Shown here in pieces: positions 50,410 through 59,881 of a stretch of 64,000 bases of DNA. Under the pieces are notes generated by a model. It made no database searches. It was not told where the DNA came from and saw only the letters and a program-made list of their open reading frames with translations. This DNA is from a virus (taxonomy: Duplodnaviria > Heunggongvirae > Uroviricota > Caudoviricetes), in the IMG/VR virus record IMGVR_UViG_3300020577_007233, positions 189,593-253,592 of that record. One strand, written 5' to 3'. Made by a program: the position numbers and the translations under genes. The first letter of the stretch is position 1, and the number at the start of each line of letters is the position of its first letter.

Positions 50410-51328
50410 GCCATCTCAAGGCTGCTGGCAACTGCTTAGGCCATACATACCTATATAGTTCGTTCTTCATAATTTGAACGCTCTTGTTGCCAAAGCCTCT
50501 CACCAAAGCTTTCTTTGCTTCTTCAAAAGTCCATCTGCCGCCATACCTATCAACAAAGTGTTGAACAAACTTGTTGGGATCAAAGTCTTCATCAACCCTA
50601 AATACTCTTCTCGTTGCATGATGAGACTCTCTATTGGCGCTGCCCTTAAACTCGTAATCCTTATTGCTCGCCAAGAACTGCTGTCTTGATACATTTGTAA
50701 GTTGACCGTTACGATTGTCTCGTAACCATACTCTTGTAATACGGTTAGGATTCAAGTGACCAACAAACAAGGCTTGGCTTTCGCCAAATCCTAATAGAGT
50801 ATTCGCAAGCTCTGGTCTTTCGCTTTGAGAGATAGGCGGAATGTTACGATCAACCGCTCGTTGCCTTGCCTTCATTCTCTCTTCTTCTCTTTTGGCCTTA
50901 CTGTTGCCAAAGTATTCAGCCATTTGTCCTTGAACGGTATATGAGCCGCTAGGCCATACGGGAGCCTCAAGCTCGTTCATGTACGCATGAAACTCAATTA
51001 TCCAAGCTCCAAACTCCGAAGCAGTCTTAGGATTGGTTGCTACAAATAAGCCTTGAGGATTGTTGTCGGCTTCGTAAGAGTATACTCGCCCAACCCTTGC
51101 TTTACCAGATAAGCCATGACGACATGCAGATATCGCATCCTCTAAATCACGAAAACCGTGAAACAATCTTACAGAGTCGTTGCTCTTGATAAGCGGTCTT
51201 TCTTCAGGGCTGCGACCAGGAGGTAATGTAAACCTGTCCGCTTCCTTCTGAAGCTCCATAGCCGTAATGTAAGAGTTGCTGTAAATCTTCTTCATTGTCA
51301 AAAGTCTCTTAGCTGTCAAAAATGTCAC
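50375..51328 (-). CDS. Hypothetical protein
   Basis: 317-aa ORF. Confidence 0.45.
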   Translation of the reverse strand: MTFLTAKRLLTMKKIYSNSYITAMELQKEADRFTLPPGRSPEERPLIKSNDSVRLFHGFRDLEDAISACRHGLSGKARVGRVYSYEADNNPQGLFVATNPKTASEFGAWIIEFHAYMNELEAPVWPSGSYTVQGQMAEYFGNSKAKREEERMKARQRAVDRNIPPISQSERPELANTLLGFGESQALFVGHLNPNRITRVWLRDNRNGQLTNVSRQQFLASNKDYEFKGSANRESHHATRRVFRVDEDFDPNKFVQHFVDRYGGRWTFEEAKKALVRGFGNKSVQIMKNELYRYVWPKQLPAALRWLGQEYKKRNVV

Positions 51329-52124
51329 GTTTCAAACAACTGTTGCAGTTGATGAAAGCAATGTATTCGCTACGTTCTGTATTCTCTTTCTTGACATTAC
51401 CAACCTTCTTGGACTTGACAAACTTCCAGTCATACATCGGGAAAACTTCTTTTGCTGTAGAACCATAGCAAAAGATGATCGGAGCTTTGATTCTTCCTAT
51501 TAGGTCAACAGTTGTTTGCGGATTGTAAGATTTGTCTTTGTAGAGCATGTGCGAAATTTCTTTCTTCTTCAAATCCAAGTACGGCGGATCTAAAAACACC
51601 AAATCCCCATCCTGCTCAACATAATCCGTAGCTTCGCCTAGTTCAAATCTTGAGCTTTGTAGCTTTGGAAGACACGCTATCGTCCTATCTACCGGCAAAA
51701 ACTTCTTCCCATACATCTTGTAACTTTGAAAGTCGCCAGCTATCAAACCACAACAGTTCACACGAATGTAGTTCAAAGCTCCTGCACACAACTCAGTCCA
51801 AGGTTCTAACCCAATCTCTAACATATCAAGCTTGCGTATGTCTGTAATGCCTTTTTCAAGGCTTCTGAGCCTAAATTTCTCAAGGTTGACTATATCTTCA
51901 GGTTTGCTTCTATGGAGATAGTAATAGATGGATATAACTAAAGGATTGCGGTCAATTCCGTATCCCTCAGTAGTCGTATTGAATATCATGCTAGCTGAGC
52001 CGCAATAAAGCTCGCAAAGCCTTTTATGAGATGGAAGGTCTTCGAGATAAGGAATGAGCCATCTCTTGCTGCCTGAATAGCAAAAAGCCATGTTCTCTTT
52101 GTGCGTGAAAATTGATTCGTTCAT
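51309..52124 (-). CDS. dam: N6-adenine DNA methyltransferase, Dam-like (D12 class)
   Basis: FLDPPYL (the DPPY motif) and an N-terminal FCYSGSKRWLIPYL like the Dam AdoMet-binding region. Confidence 0.8.
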   Translation of the reverse strand: MNESIFTHKENMAFCYSGSKRWLIPYLEDLPSHKRLCELYCGSASMIFNTTTEGYGIDRNPLVISIYYYLHRSKPEDIVNLEKFRLRSLEKGITDIRKLDMLEIGLEPWTELCAGALNYIRVNCCGLIAGDFQSYKMYGKKFLPVDRTIACLPKLQSSRFELGEATDYVEQDGDLVFLDPPYLDLKKKEISHMLYKDKSYNPQTTVDLIGRIKAPIIFCYGSTAKEVFPMYDWKFVKSKKVGNVKKENTERSEYIAFINCNSCLKRDIFDS

Positions 52125-52142
52125 CCTCGTAATATCGGATGA

Positions 52143-52820
52143 TTACTTGACCAAGTACGGCCAACGATAAGCAAAGAAGTTTGCCTTGAACTTTTCTAGC
52201 TGACCCGGAGTGATTGCTTTTCTATCAAATCCGTTAGCATAGTTCATGATGTTTTCATTCATAGATGAATCAGCAACATCTTCGTATGTGGGCTTAGGAG
52301 TGTCTTCAACCCCATCGTCAGGATCAAAGACATGCTCTAAACCTCCACCCCAATGCCCCATCTCATGAGCCAACACCCATTTGTTTGAGTGCTGCCTAGC
52401 AATAAGAATTACATTCTCTCCCTGAGATGCCATACTCGCTAAACCACAAATGTTGCGTTCCAGACCCTTATGCATCTCAGGCGCTATGTAAACATAGTAG
52501 ATGCTCAAAGTGTTGTAATACCTTTCTGCATCATCTCGGTAATAACTGAAGTCCTTATTGTCTTCTACGCACTCCACAATGGTGATGTCAAACTTGATCT
52601 TTACGTCACTAAACAAGTCTTCGCACGCTTTCAACTCTTTTTGAATCTCTTCCATGCTGCGAACTTGACAGCCATCCTTTTCTGCTATGGCAATCCTTGT
52701 TCGTATATGCAAATAACCATCAGAAGCTTTGAGAGAATCAACAAACCTATCGGTAGGGGCAGATACGCAACCCGCTATGCAGGTCAACATAATGCACAAG
52801 ATTGCAGCAATTTTTTTCAT
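52143..52820 (-). CDS. Metzincin-type zinc metalloprotease lipoprotein
   Basis: A signal peptide with lipobox (LTCIAGC) and HEMGHWGGGLEH, which matches HExxHxxGxxH. Confidence 0.65.
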   Translation of the reverse strand: MKKIAAILCIMLTCIAGCVSAPTDRFVDSLKASDGYLHIRTRIAIAEKDGCQVRSMEEIQKELKACEDLFSDVKIKFDITIVECVEDNKDFSYYRDDAERYYNTLSIYYVYIAPEMHKGLERNICGLASMASQGENVILIARQHSNKWVLAHEMGHWGGGLEHVFDPDDGVEDTPKPTYEDVADSSMNENIMNYANGFDRKAITPGQLEKFKANFFAYRWPYLVK

Positions 52821-52911
52821 ATACTGCCACCCCTTTTGTCCCCAAAATGTTTACAAAGCCTCCAAAACTGTTACCAGCGGATGCTTTGTCGTATTTTCAT
52901 ATATTCACTAA

Positions 52912-53187
52912 CTATTTTATGAGAGGCAATATGCGAGCAAATACCTGTTCATATCCTCTTGGATTCATGCTATCGTATTGAGTGTCCCAAAAATGACGAA
53001 CTACGGATTGAAGATTACGAAGTTTTGGGTGACCAACTACTCCATACTTTTTAGCCACATCGTCTTCTAATAAAGCAATATTCACTCTTCTGTCTGGCAT
53101 TTCATATTTGGCATATGGATCAGTGCTTTTGCCCTGAATATCAGCCGCTGATTTGTTCAAATAACTTTGAGTTTTTAGACTTTTCAT
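52912..53187 (-). CDS. Hypothetical protein
   Basis: 91-aa ORF lying downstream, in the minus direction, of the direct-repeat region. Confidence 0.4.
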   Translation of the reverse strand: MKSLKTQSYLNKSAADIQGKSTDPYAKYEMPDRRVNIALLEDDVAKKYGVVGHPKLRNLQSVVRHFWDTQYDSMNPRGYEQVFARILPLIK

Positions 53188-53214
53188 TTACATTCCTATT
53201 GTATAGACCGCACT

Positions 53215-53345
53215 ATTTCATTCATACATCCGCTAAGGTATCCCTCTGTGCGCAAATTTTAAGTGACGGCATAGAGTGCCAAGGTATCCCCTATTGGCGA
53301 AAATTAAAGTGACGTATACCCTTTGGGTTTATTCCCTATTAGCGA
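53215..53345. repeat. Two and a half direct repeats of about 45 bp (AAGGTATCCC...GCGMAAATTTTAAAGTGACG)
   Basis: Copy 1 CTAAGGTATCCCTCTGTGCGCAAATTTTAAGTGACGGCATAGAGTG. Copy 2 CCAAGGTATCCCCTATTGGCGAAAATTAAAGTGACGTATACCC. A partial third copy TTCCCTATTAGCGAAAAAAG. All lie between the HNH gene and the gene at 52912..53187. Confidence 0.5.
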
Positions 53346-53358
53346 AAAAAGTTTTCTG

Positions 53359-54219
53359 CTAACTAAAAATGTCATACACATCTTTAGAAGATTCTGTATC
53401 AAATCTTTCTTTCCAATGAAGCATCGTATGACAGTTATGACAGAGAACGTCACATTTATTAATTTCTTGTTGTATAGATTTTATGCTTTTGCCTTTTGCC
53501 ACTAATCTTCCTATTTCACTTGTTTTCTCTTTGGGATCTCGATGGTGAAAACATAAAACAGCCGGATGACTTTCTCCGCAGTCTTTACAAGGATGGTTAA
53601 GTTTGTATTCCCAAATATATTCCATTGCTTTATATTTTCTTCGAGTTAGGTTTTTTCGAATATCTAGTTTTTTGTTTTTGCATACTTGTTCTATTGTAGG
53701 AACTGAACTTTTTAACTTATTTTGCCTCTTTTTGAAATAATAGTGCTGAGCATTAGTGTACTTGTATTGCGTCTTCAAAAATGTTTGTTTCTCAAGTTCT
53801 TTGATTTCCGATAAGAGTCTTTCTTTTTCTTTTAGCCGACTCTCATGTTGTTCTAGAAAAATAGATTCTTGTTTATCTCTAAGATTTTCTATTTCTTTTC
53901 TTATTATTTCTTGCTCTAATTTCCGTTTTGCTTCGTTTTGTAGATTGATTTTCTGATTTTCTAATTCTACTAACTCACTTTGTTCTTTTTGAGCCTTTTC
54001 AAGATTCTTTAATAGAAGATCATATCGTTGCTGATTTTCTTCGCTCATCCCTTCGAGGGATATCTTTTTGATTTCTCTTCTAATAGAACCAAGATATTGT
54101 TCTAAGCGATATCTTTCTTTATTCTGAGACCGCCATTTTTTCTTGTATTCTCTTTGTTTTTGTTTATCTTTGTATGGCATATAGCTAGTTATCGTGTGTT
54201 TTACTATTCTACGTTTCAA
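53359..54219 (-). CDS. HNH endonuclease with K/E-rich coiled-coil N-terminus
   Basis: C-terminal CKDCGESHPAVLCFHHRDPKEK...CDVLCHNCH. A TTG start is inferred. It sits at the composition boundary. Confidence 0.7.
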   Translation of the reverse strand: MKRRIVKHTITSYMPYKDKQKQREYKKKWRSQNKERYRLEQYLGSIRREIKKISLEGMSEENQQRYDLLLKNLEKAQKEQSELVELENQKINLQNEAKRKLEQEIIRKEIENLRDKQESIFLEQHESRLKEKERLLSEIKELEKQTFLKTQYKYTNAQHYYFKKRQNKLKSSVPTIEQVCKNKKLDIRKNLTRRKYKAMEYIWEYKLNHPCKDCGESHPAVLCFHHRDPKEKTSEIGRLVAKGKSIKSIQQEINKCDVLCHNCHTMLHWKERFDTESSKDVYDIFS

Positions 54220-54395
54220 TCTTCACACTAATAGGAAAAAGGCCGTAGCTGTGTATACTTTAGGCTACCACTGGCGAATATAGATATCTTACTTTTCCTG
54301 AAGACCCCCCCTATGGGGTACGGGGTACTCCTTTTATCATTATGAGTGGGAAATAACAACTCCCATTCTTCCACTGCGCCAGGCCCCCACCCCTC

Positions 54396-54578
54396 CTAAG
54401 AAAGTCTAGCCCTTCTTAAGCTGCTCCTCAGTTCCTTAAGCTTTGCCTTGAACTTGGCATGGATGGATGGGTCATCCTTGCAGCCTGCGTATCCGCCAGC
54501 GGCAACGTCTCTGCGCCATTGCGAGTAGTCGTCCTCTGTCTTATCAATCTGCTGTTGGATGGTCATGGGCTTGTTCAT
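54396..54578 (-). CDS. Small hypothetical protein (60 aa)
   Basis: Minus ORF directly downstream of motif copy 54597. Confidence 0.45.
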   Translation of the reverse strand: MNKPMTIQQQIDKTEDDYSQWRRDVAAGGYAGCKDDPSIHAKFKAKLKELRSSLRRARLS

Positions 54579-54685
54579 ACCTACAACCTTTGCGCAGAAA
54601 GTCTAGCCTCCTTAACTTGGTACGGAACCCATACCCTTGCGGGCTAGGTTAGGTTGGCTCAACCCTTTACCCGTACCGTGCGCCG

Positions 54686-54892
54686 TTAGCCCTTCTTGGG
54701 CTTTGTTACCTTGAGGCTGATGCGTCCCTTGTTGTTGGAGGCGAAGGCGAGGACTCGGTTGAGCATATGGTTGGCCTTCTTCCAACCGGCGACTCGGACA
54801 ACATCATCGACTTCGAGGGAAACGTCGATGTTAAGACGAGTCTGCTTGCTTGAGCGGGACTTGGTTGCCTTGACTGTTTTGGTTGCTGCCAT
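54686..54892 (-). CDS. Small basic protein (68 aa), possible DNA-binding
   Basis: Downstream of motif 54911, after an AAGGA RBS. Confidence 0.45.
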   Translation of the reverse strand: MAATKTVKATKSRSSKQTRLNIDVSLEVDDVVRVAGWKKANHMLNRVLAFASNNKGRISLKVTKPKKG

Positions 54893-54916
54893 GTTCCTTG
54901 TTTCCTTTGAGGAAGT

Positions 54917-55405
54917 CTAGCCCTCAACCCAATACGCTCGGCTGCTTTCGGTGACGTAGTTATTTTCCGTCATCTGCCAAGCCTTTCCATTGTGACGAAT
55001 GGAGTTTGTAAAGTATTTCGGCTTGTTGTTTTCGTCGAGGATGGCGATGCTGTAATCGCCAGCGGTCTTGGGAGGGTCAGTAAAGACGCAACGAAGTTTT
55101 GCCTTGAAACTGACAGGCTTGTAGGCTTTCTTCTTTCTCGGCTTGTCCAGCCGAACGAGGTCGGTAAAGACTTTGCCGTAGGGAAGGGGAGGATGGCCCT
55201 CCTTGTCGGTCGGAGCCTTGACTGAGGCGACAACCGCATACTCCTTAATATGACGATTGTAGGCTTCCCATTGCTTTGCGATTTCGGTTGCTTCGGCAAT
55301 GGTTTTTGGTTCTGGACCGCTGGGGCCAAAGTTGCCCTGCCAAGTTCCATCAACTTTGTTGCCGTTCGTTTTTTCGACTTCGATGATGGAGTAGTTCATG
55401 TTCAT
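54917..55405 (-). CDS. Hypothetical protein (162 aa)
   Basis: Downstream of motif 55418. Its TAG stop is the CTAG core of motif 54911. Confidence 0.5.
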   Translation of the reverse strand: MNMNYSIIEVEKTNGNKVDGTWQGNFGPSGPEPKTIAEATEIAKQWEAYNRHIKEYAVVASVKAPTDKEGHPPLPYGKVFTDLVRLDKPRKKKAYKPVSFKAKLRCVFTDPPKTAGDYSIAILDENNKPKYFTNSIRHNGKAWQMTENNYVTESSRAYWVEG

Positions 55406-55428
55406 TACGAAGGGTCAGGAAGTCTAGC

Positions 55429-55557
55429 CTACCGCTGAGAGTTCTTGGGCTGCCGCTGCTTGTTGCGTTCTCTCCGCCGTTCGTTCCTCCGCTGTTTGCG
55501 CTCTTGTTCGGCTGCCCAGCGTTGGATGGCGTTCGCATCTCTTTCAAAGTCGCTCAT
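55429..55557 (-). CDS. Small Arg/Gln-rich protein (42 aa)
   Basis: Hand translation gives MSDFERDANAIQRWAAEQERKQRRNERRRERNKQRQPKNSQR. It lies downstream of motif 55576. The 65-aa ORF listed in the track is in another frame and crosses a motif, so it was rejected. Confidence 0.35.
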   Translation of the reverse strand: MSDFERDANAIQRWAAEQERKQRRNERRRERNKQRQPKNSQR

Positions 55558-55637
55558 GCTTATGAGTTGTTGTTAGAAAGTCTAGCCTTGTTAAATGACA
55601 AACCCCCTTACGGGGGTTGTTTGGGGTTGGGGTTGAC

Positions 55638-56006
55638 TTAGGCGACCGCTGCCGCTTTGGGCTTGGGCGGGAGGCTGATGCGCCCGCCGCGACGGATGAC
55701 GTAGGGGATGGGGCTGTCGTTGGGGACGGTGATGCCGTAGATGCTGCTGAGCATCCCAGTCGCCTGCTTGTCGCCGCCGAGGTCGCGGATGGTCTTGGCG
55801 GCGATTCGGATGGTCTGGCGAGTGCCGCTGGCGATGGTTGCGCGGCCCTTGGTCATGATCGTTCCGATGAGGCTCTTGACTTCGGCATCGGAGAGGTTGG
55901 GGTTGGCGGCGCGGACGGCGTTGATAGCGAAATCGACGCTGTGGATGCTGCTATTGAGGATGGTGAGGGTGAAGGGCTTGGCGGTCTTCTTGGTCTTGGT
56001 CGTCAT
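55638..56006 (-). CDS. Hypothetical protein (122 aa)
   Basis: RBS AAAAGGAAAC. Downstream of motif 56071. Confidence 0.5.
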   Translation of the reverse strand: MTTKTKKTAKPFTLTILNSSIHSVDFAINAVRAANPNLSDAEVKSLIGTIMTKGRATIASGTRQTIRIAAKTIRDLGGDKQATGMLSSIYGITVPNDSPIPYVIRRGGRISLPPKPKAAAVA

Positions 56007-56087
56007 TGGGCGTTTCCTTTTCTTTGTTAGGGGCGAGGCATTCGTCCCTTATGGCTCTTGGAAGTTGCGAGAAAGTCTAGCCTTGAA

Positions 56088-56381
56088 TTACCCCTGCCTC
56101 AAACTGAGTTGAGGGATAACAATGCGGCTGGCGATGGCGGCTGTTTCCTTGACGATGTGCCGAGTTCCCTTAAGTTCGGCTGTCTTGGAGTTGCCTTCGA
56201 GTTGGCGGTTCTGCTTGGCGATTCTGCGCCCGAGGGTTTGGGGCGTAACTTCGTTGACCTTGAAGAAACGGCGAGCGTTGCCTTGCCGTTCTGCTTCTTC
56301 ATCGAGGGAATCGAGGCCGCTACCCTTTTGGGCTGCGGCTCGTTGACGGTTGAGGTTGCGGAGGGCTTTTTCGTTGAACAT
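56088..56381 (-). CDS. Hypothetical protein (97 aa)
   Basis: RBS AAAGGA. Downstream of motif 56416. Confidence 0.5.
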   Translation of the reverse strand: MFNEKALRNLNRQRAAAQKGSGLDSLDEEAERQGNARRFFKVNEVTPQTLGRRIAKQNRQLEGNSKTAELKGTRHIVKETAAIASRIVIPQLSLRQG

Positions 56382-56461
56382 TGGGCTGGTCCTTTCTGCT
56401 GCCTATTTCTGGCGAGAAAGTCTAGCCTTGCCTTTCGGCAACGATGAAAGCCTTGCCTTTG

Positions 56462-56950
56462 TTAGCCCTTTGCCTTGCCGACCTTGACCACCTTGAGGAG
56501 AAAGCGAGCGCGACGGCCTGCGTGCTGTCCAGGCTTGCGGTTGAAAACGATGTCGGCCCTTGCCTTGCTCATGCCAGCATCGCGCCGCTTCTTGCGGTTG
56601 ATGACGGTTTGCTTCTTGATGGGGGTGATGCTGATGGGGTGGCCGAGGTCGAACACCGTACCGGCGGCTTCGGGCTGTCCTGCGTCAAACTGCTTGGCGG
56701 ACACAAACTGCTGAGCGTTGGGCGAGAAAACGAGGCGGTGGCCGTTGGCGATGGCTCGGATTTCGAGGCGGTCATTCTGAAAGACGACGGGATCTCCGTA
56801 GCCAGCGAGGCGCATGCCTTCGGCGTGTTGGCAATGCCGAGGGTCTTGGAGTTTGCACTCCTTCGCATCGGGCAGCGAGTAGAGGCGAGGCATCTTCTTG
56901 TTGCCCACCTTGAAATACTTGTGCTTGGGATTGGGCTTGGTCGTGGTCAC
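56462..56950 (-). CDS. Basic hypothetical protein (162 aa)
   Basis: GTG start with an AGGA RBS. Downstream of motif 57003. Confidence 0.45.
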   Translation of the reverse strand: MTTTKPNPKHKYFKVGNKKMPRLYSLPDAKECKLQDPRHCQHAEGMRLAGYGDPVVFQNDRLEIRAIANGHRLVFSPNAQQFVSAKQFDAGQPEAAGTVFDLGHPISITPIKKQTVINRKKRRDAGMSKARADIVFNRKPGQHAGRRARFLLKVVKVGKAKG

Positions 56951-57008
56951 TTCTTCTGTCCTTTCATGGAATGGGGTTGACGATGGGGCTTGTTATTTGC
57001 GCGAAAGT

Positions 57009-57431
57009 CTAGCCGATTGCCTGTGCCTTGCGTGCTTCGTATTCCTCTTTGGCCTTCACCCACTTGTCGAGGGTTTCGATTGCTGCCTCTGGCACGCCTT
57101 CGCGGAAGTTGTCTGACCAAAGGCGGCAATACGCTCCGTCGCTGTATTCGCTGAGGCCAATCCATTGAACGTGGTTGTTCTCATCGAGGAACATGCAACC
57201 ACCAAAGCGGCTGAATGTGCTTGCCTTGGGCTTGTTCCAAACTTCGCCTGCCACCTTGGGGTTGGTTGTCTGGCTCCAGAATCGCACGCCCTTGTTGGGG
57301 CTGTATTCGAGCCAGTACCGAATCTTGCAGCGAAGTCGGAACCCAAAGGGGTAATCATCGACGACGTATGCGGTTTCGGGTGAGATGTGTCCCTTGAGGA
57401 GTTTCGTGACGGTTGGGAGGGTATTGGGCAT
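57009..57431 (-). CDS. Hypothetical protein (140 aa)
   Basis: Downstream of motif 57449. Its stop TAG lies inside motif 57003. Confidence 0.5.
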   Translation of the reverse strand: MPNTLPTVTKLLKGHISPETAYVVDDYPFGFRLRCKIRYWLEYSPNKGVRFWSQTTNPKVAGEVWNKPKASTFSRFGGCMFLDENNHVQWIGLSEYSDGAYCRLWSDNFREGVPEAAIETLDKWVKAKEEYEARKAQAIG

Positions 57432-57454
57432 GGTTCTTGTTTCTTGCGCGAAAG

Positions 57455-57586
57455 TCTAACCCTGCCTTGCGCCTCTGCGATTGAGGAGTTCGGTTGTGAT
57501 GGCGAGCATGGCCTCAACGTCGCCTTCCATCTTGGCGAGTTCGTAGGCATCGCGGAGGTGATTGAACGTCATTTGGTCGAGTCGCA
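57455..57586 (-). CDS. Small protein (43 aa)
   Basis: Hand translation gives MRLDQMTFNHLRDAYELAKMEGDVEAMLAITTELLNRRGARQG. The stop TAG lies inside motif 57449. Downstream of motif 57627. Confidence 0.35.
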
Positions 57587-57844
57587 TGGGTCGAGTCCTT
57601 TCGTTGTTACATATAATAAGTTGCCAGAAAGTCTAGTCGTTGGCGGCTCGGAGAGTTCCACTCATAACGATTACCGCTAGTTAAGCTCAACAAGGCCCTC
57701 AAAGGGCCTTGTGAGCTGCCGTTGGATGATTCGCTTGTTTGGTTGGGGTTAGTTCTGTTTCATGGTTTGTTCTCCCTTGGTTTGTCGGAGTTGACTTGTC
57801 TGATGACTCTTAACAAGGGGCTGAAAGTCTAGCCCCCTTGTCTC

Positions 57845-58195
57845 TTACCATCCGAGTTCCTTCGGGCGGTTGGTATTCTCTACCCTCTTGCGTTGGGGCT
57901 GAGGGTTGCGATTCTGAGCGGCGGCAACCGCTGCGCCGAGGAATCCTTCGATATTGGCGACGCGCTGGCCGAGTTCTTCGGCATCCTTCTTCTTCTTCCG
58001 TTCGTCCATGATAGCGTTCATGGCGAGGGAGCGAAGTCCTTGCGCTTCCGCCCGTTCCAACAAAACTCGTTCGAGTTCTGTCAGTTCGTCGTAGGCGAGG
58101 AATTGTTGGGGGGCTGGCTTGTCCAGACCGCCGTATTGTTCGGCGGCAAGGATGAGCATGGGGTCCATTCGACGGAGTTGGTTGGGGTTGGGCAT
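57845..58195 (-). CDS. Hypothetical protein (116 aa)
   Basis: Downstream of motif 58214. Confidence 0.5.
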   Translation of the reverse strand: MPNPNQLRRMDPMLILAAEQYGGLDKPAPQQFLAYDELTELERVLLERAEAQGLRSLAMNAIMDERKKKKDAEELGQRVANIEGFLGAAVAAAQNRNPQPQRKRVENTNRPKELGW

Positions 58196-58232
58196 GACTC
58201 TTATTTCCTTTGGGAAAGTCTAGCCCTTCGAT

Positions 58233-58526
58233 TTAACGACCTGCTTTGGCTTGGATGCGGACGTTGTAGAAGTTGCCCTCTCGTTGGTCGCTCTGTACGT
58301 TCCCAAAATGAACGATCCAATTCCTCTCGTCAAACTCCTTGACAGTCCTTCTGATGACTCTCTCATTGACAAGGGAAGTGGCAATGGTTGTATCTACCGT
58401 GCTGCCAGTAACGTATTGGCGAGTGAGAGTCTGAATGAGGGAATCGACCACCTTGACGAACATGGCTTCGTCTTGGTCTTGCTGAATCTTGTCGAGTTTG
58501 CTTGGCGTTGGGATGTTGATGTTCAT
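58233..58526 (-). CDS. Hypothetical protein (97 aa)
   Basis: Translationally coupled to the upstream gene. Confidence 0.45.
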   Translation of the reverse strand: MNINIPTPSKLDKIQQDQDEAMFVKVVDSLIQTLTRQYVTGSTVDTTIATSLVNERVIRRTVKEFDERNWIVHFGNVQSDQREGNFYNVRIQAKAGR

Positions 58527-58714
58527 TAGATTCTCCCTGTTGCAGTAAACTCCACCTTGAGGCCGTTAGAAAGGGTCACGATGCCCTCAAGGGCTGCTGC
58601 GAACGATGAGGGATGAAGGTTGCGAGAGTTGTTGCACTTGCTGCATGGTCCTCCCTTGAGGCCGCTGTGCTTGCCGCAGTCTTTCTTAACAAGTTTGATG
58701 GGCGGTTGTTCCAT
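58526..58714 (-). CDS. Small Cys-containing protein (62 aa)
   Basis: CGKHSGLKGGPCSKCN. Downstream of motif 58733. Confidence 0.45.
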   Translation of the reverse strand: MEQPPIKLVKKDCGKHSGLKGGPCSKCNNSRNLHPSSFAAALEGIVTLSNGLKVEFTATGRI

Positions 58715-58771
58715 GCGTTCTACTTCTTGCGCGAAAGTCTAACCCTTGCGCAGTGGTGGCGCAGTGTTGCA

Positions 58772-59020
58772 TTACTGATTTGCTTCGAGTTGCGCCTTGT
58801 ACCGCTGAAAGTTGTGACGTTGTGTTGCTTGGGCTGCTCGGTACTCAACTTGACAACTGATGCAGCGAATCTCTGCGCTGCTTGTTCGTTCGAGTTTCTC
58901 AAAGGGCTGATGGCAGTCGTAACAAATGCCGACGATTCTTCTTGCGATGCAAGTATCGCAAGCAACAACGGTGGGGATTTCTTCCCCTTTGCAGAATCCG
59001 CATTTGTCGTTGCTGGGCAT
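58772..59020 (-). CDS. Cys-rich zinc-ribbon-like protein (82 aa)
   Basis: CGFC...CDTC...CYDCH...CISC. Downstream of motif 59039. Confidence 0.5.
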   Translation of the reverse strand: MPSNDKCGFCKGEEIPTVVACDTCIARRIVGICYDCHQPFEKLERTSSAEIRCISCQVEYRAAQATQRHNFQRYKAQLEANQ

Positions 59021-59044
59021 GACTCTATCTTCCGTTCTGGAAGT

Positions 59045-59356
59045 CTAGCCCTTGATGCGAATACTTCCCTTCATGCGTTCATCATCGCACCAACAACCGC
59101 AGACTCCTCCGCAACCTGGGCAACCACCCTTGATTGTGACATCGGCTTCGAGAGCGTAGGCTGCATTGCCGATGATTCGAGCGGTCTGATTCCAAATGGC
59201 TTGACTGGTGCCGTCAAGTTCCTTTGCTGACTTGTCCGAAACCATTTGGCAGGCTTTGGCAGTCGCCTTAAGCATGCGCTCGCCGTATTGCTCGATGAAA
59301 ACGAACATTGACAGAGCGAGTTCATCGTCGGAAAGTTGTTTGGGAGGGTTGGGCAT
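59045..59356 (-). CDS. Cys-rich protein (103 aa)
   Basis: GGCPGCGGVCGCWC. Its stop TAG lies inside motif 59039. Downstream of motif 59375. Confidence 0.5.
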   Translation of the reverse strand: MPNPPKQLSDDELALSMFVFIEQYGERMLKATAKACQMVSDKSAKELDGTSQAIWNQTARIIGNAAYALEADVTIKGGCPGCGGVCGCWCDDERMKGSIRIKG

Positions 59357-59390
59357 GGCTTTTACTTCCTGCGAGAAAGTCTAGCCCTTA

Positions 59391-59669
59391 TTAGTTGGGC
59401 ATCTTATGTCTTGCCGCTGCTGCGAGTTCAGGCGAGACAACGAATCCCATGCCAAGCCAGTTACGGTCGGCGAGAGAGGTGAACGCTTCCATCTTGGCCG
59501 CCTCAATTGGCCGCTTCTTCATTCGCTCAAAAGCGATCCAAATGCGCTTGATGGTTCGAGGAGTCGGTCGTTTGGGATGATGAAGCAGAGCGTAAACGTG
59601 GACGATGCTTGGCAGGTGCATCATGCGACGGATGCTCATGTTATTCGGATTGGGGCAGTCCGTTGTCAT
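59391..59669 (-). CDS. Hypothetical protein (92 aa)
   Basis: Downstream of motif 59687. Confidence 0.45.
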   Translation of the reverse strand: MTTDCPNPNNMSIRRMMHLPSIVHVYALLHHPKRPTPRTIKRIWIAFERMKKRPIEAAKMEAFTSLADRNWLGMGFVVSPELAAAARHKMPN

Positions 59670-59881
59670 TGCTTTTGTTTATTGAGCGAAAGTCTAGTCT
59701 TTGGGGCATTGGGCTGGAAGGACGTTCACTCATAATGATTACGATGTTTAAGTAGCCAGAGCGGCTTAGGGGCATTGAGTTCCCTATCCGCTGCTCCCTG
59801 CAATGCTCCCCTCGGAACGTGTCCGAGAGGCAGGTCGCCTGGCTTTTCCCATTGTAAGGCTTTGACCCGAAAGTCTAGCCC

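Noticed and set aside
55350-55547. The 65-aa track ORF.
   Set aside because: It crosses motif 55418 and is out of frame with the hand-translated 42-aa gene that ends exactly at the motif.
56462-56950. Calling the small basic early proteins ribosomal proteins (L2/L27/L7-L12-like).
   Set aside because: Only vague compositional resemblance. No diagnostic ribosomal-protein motifs.
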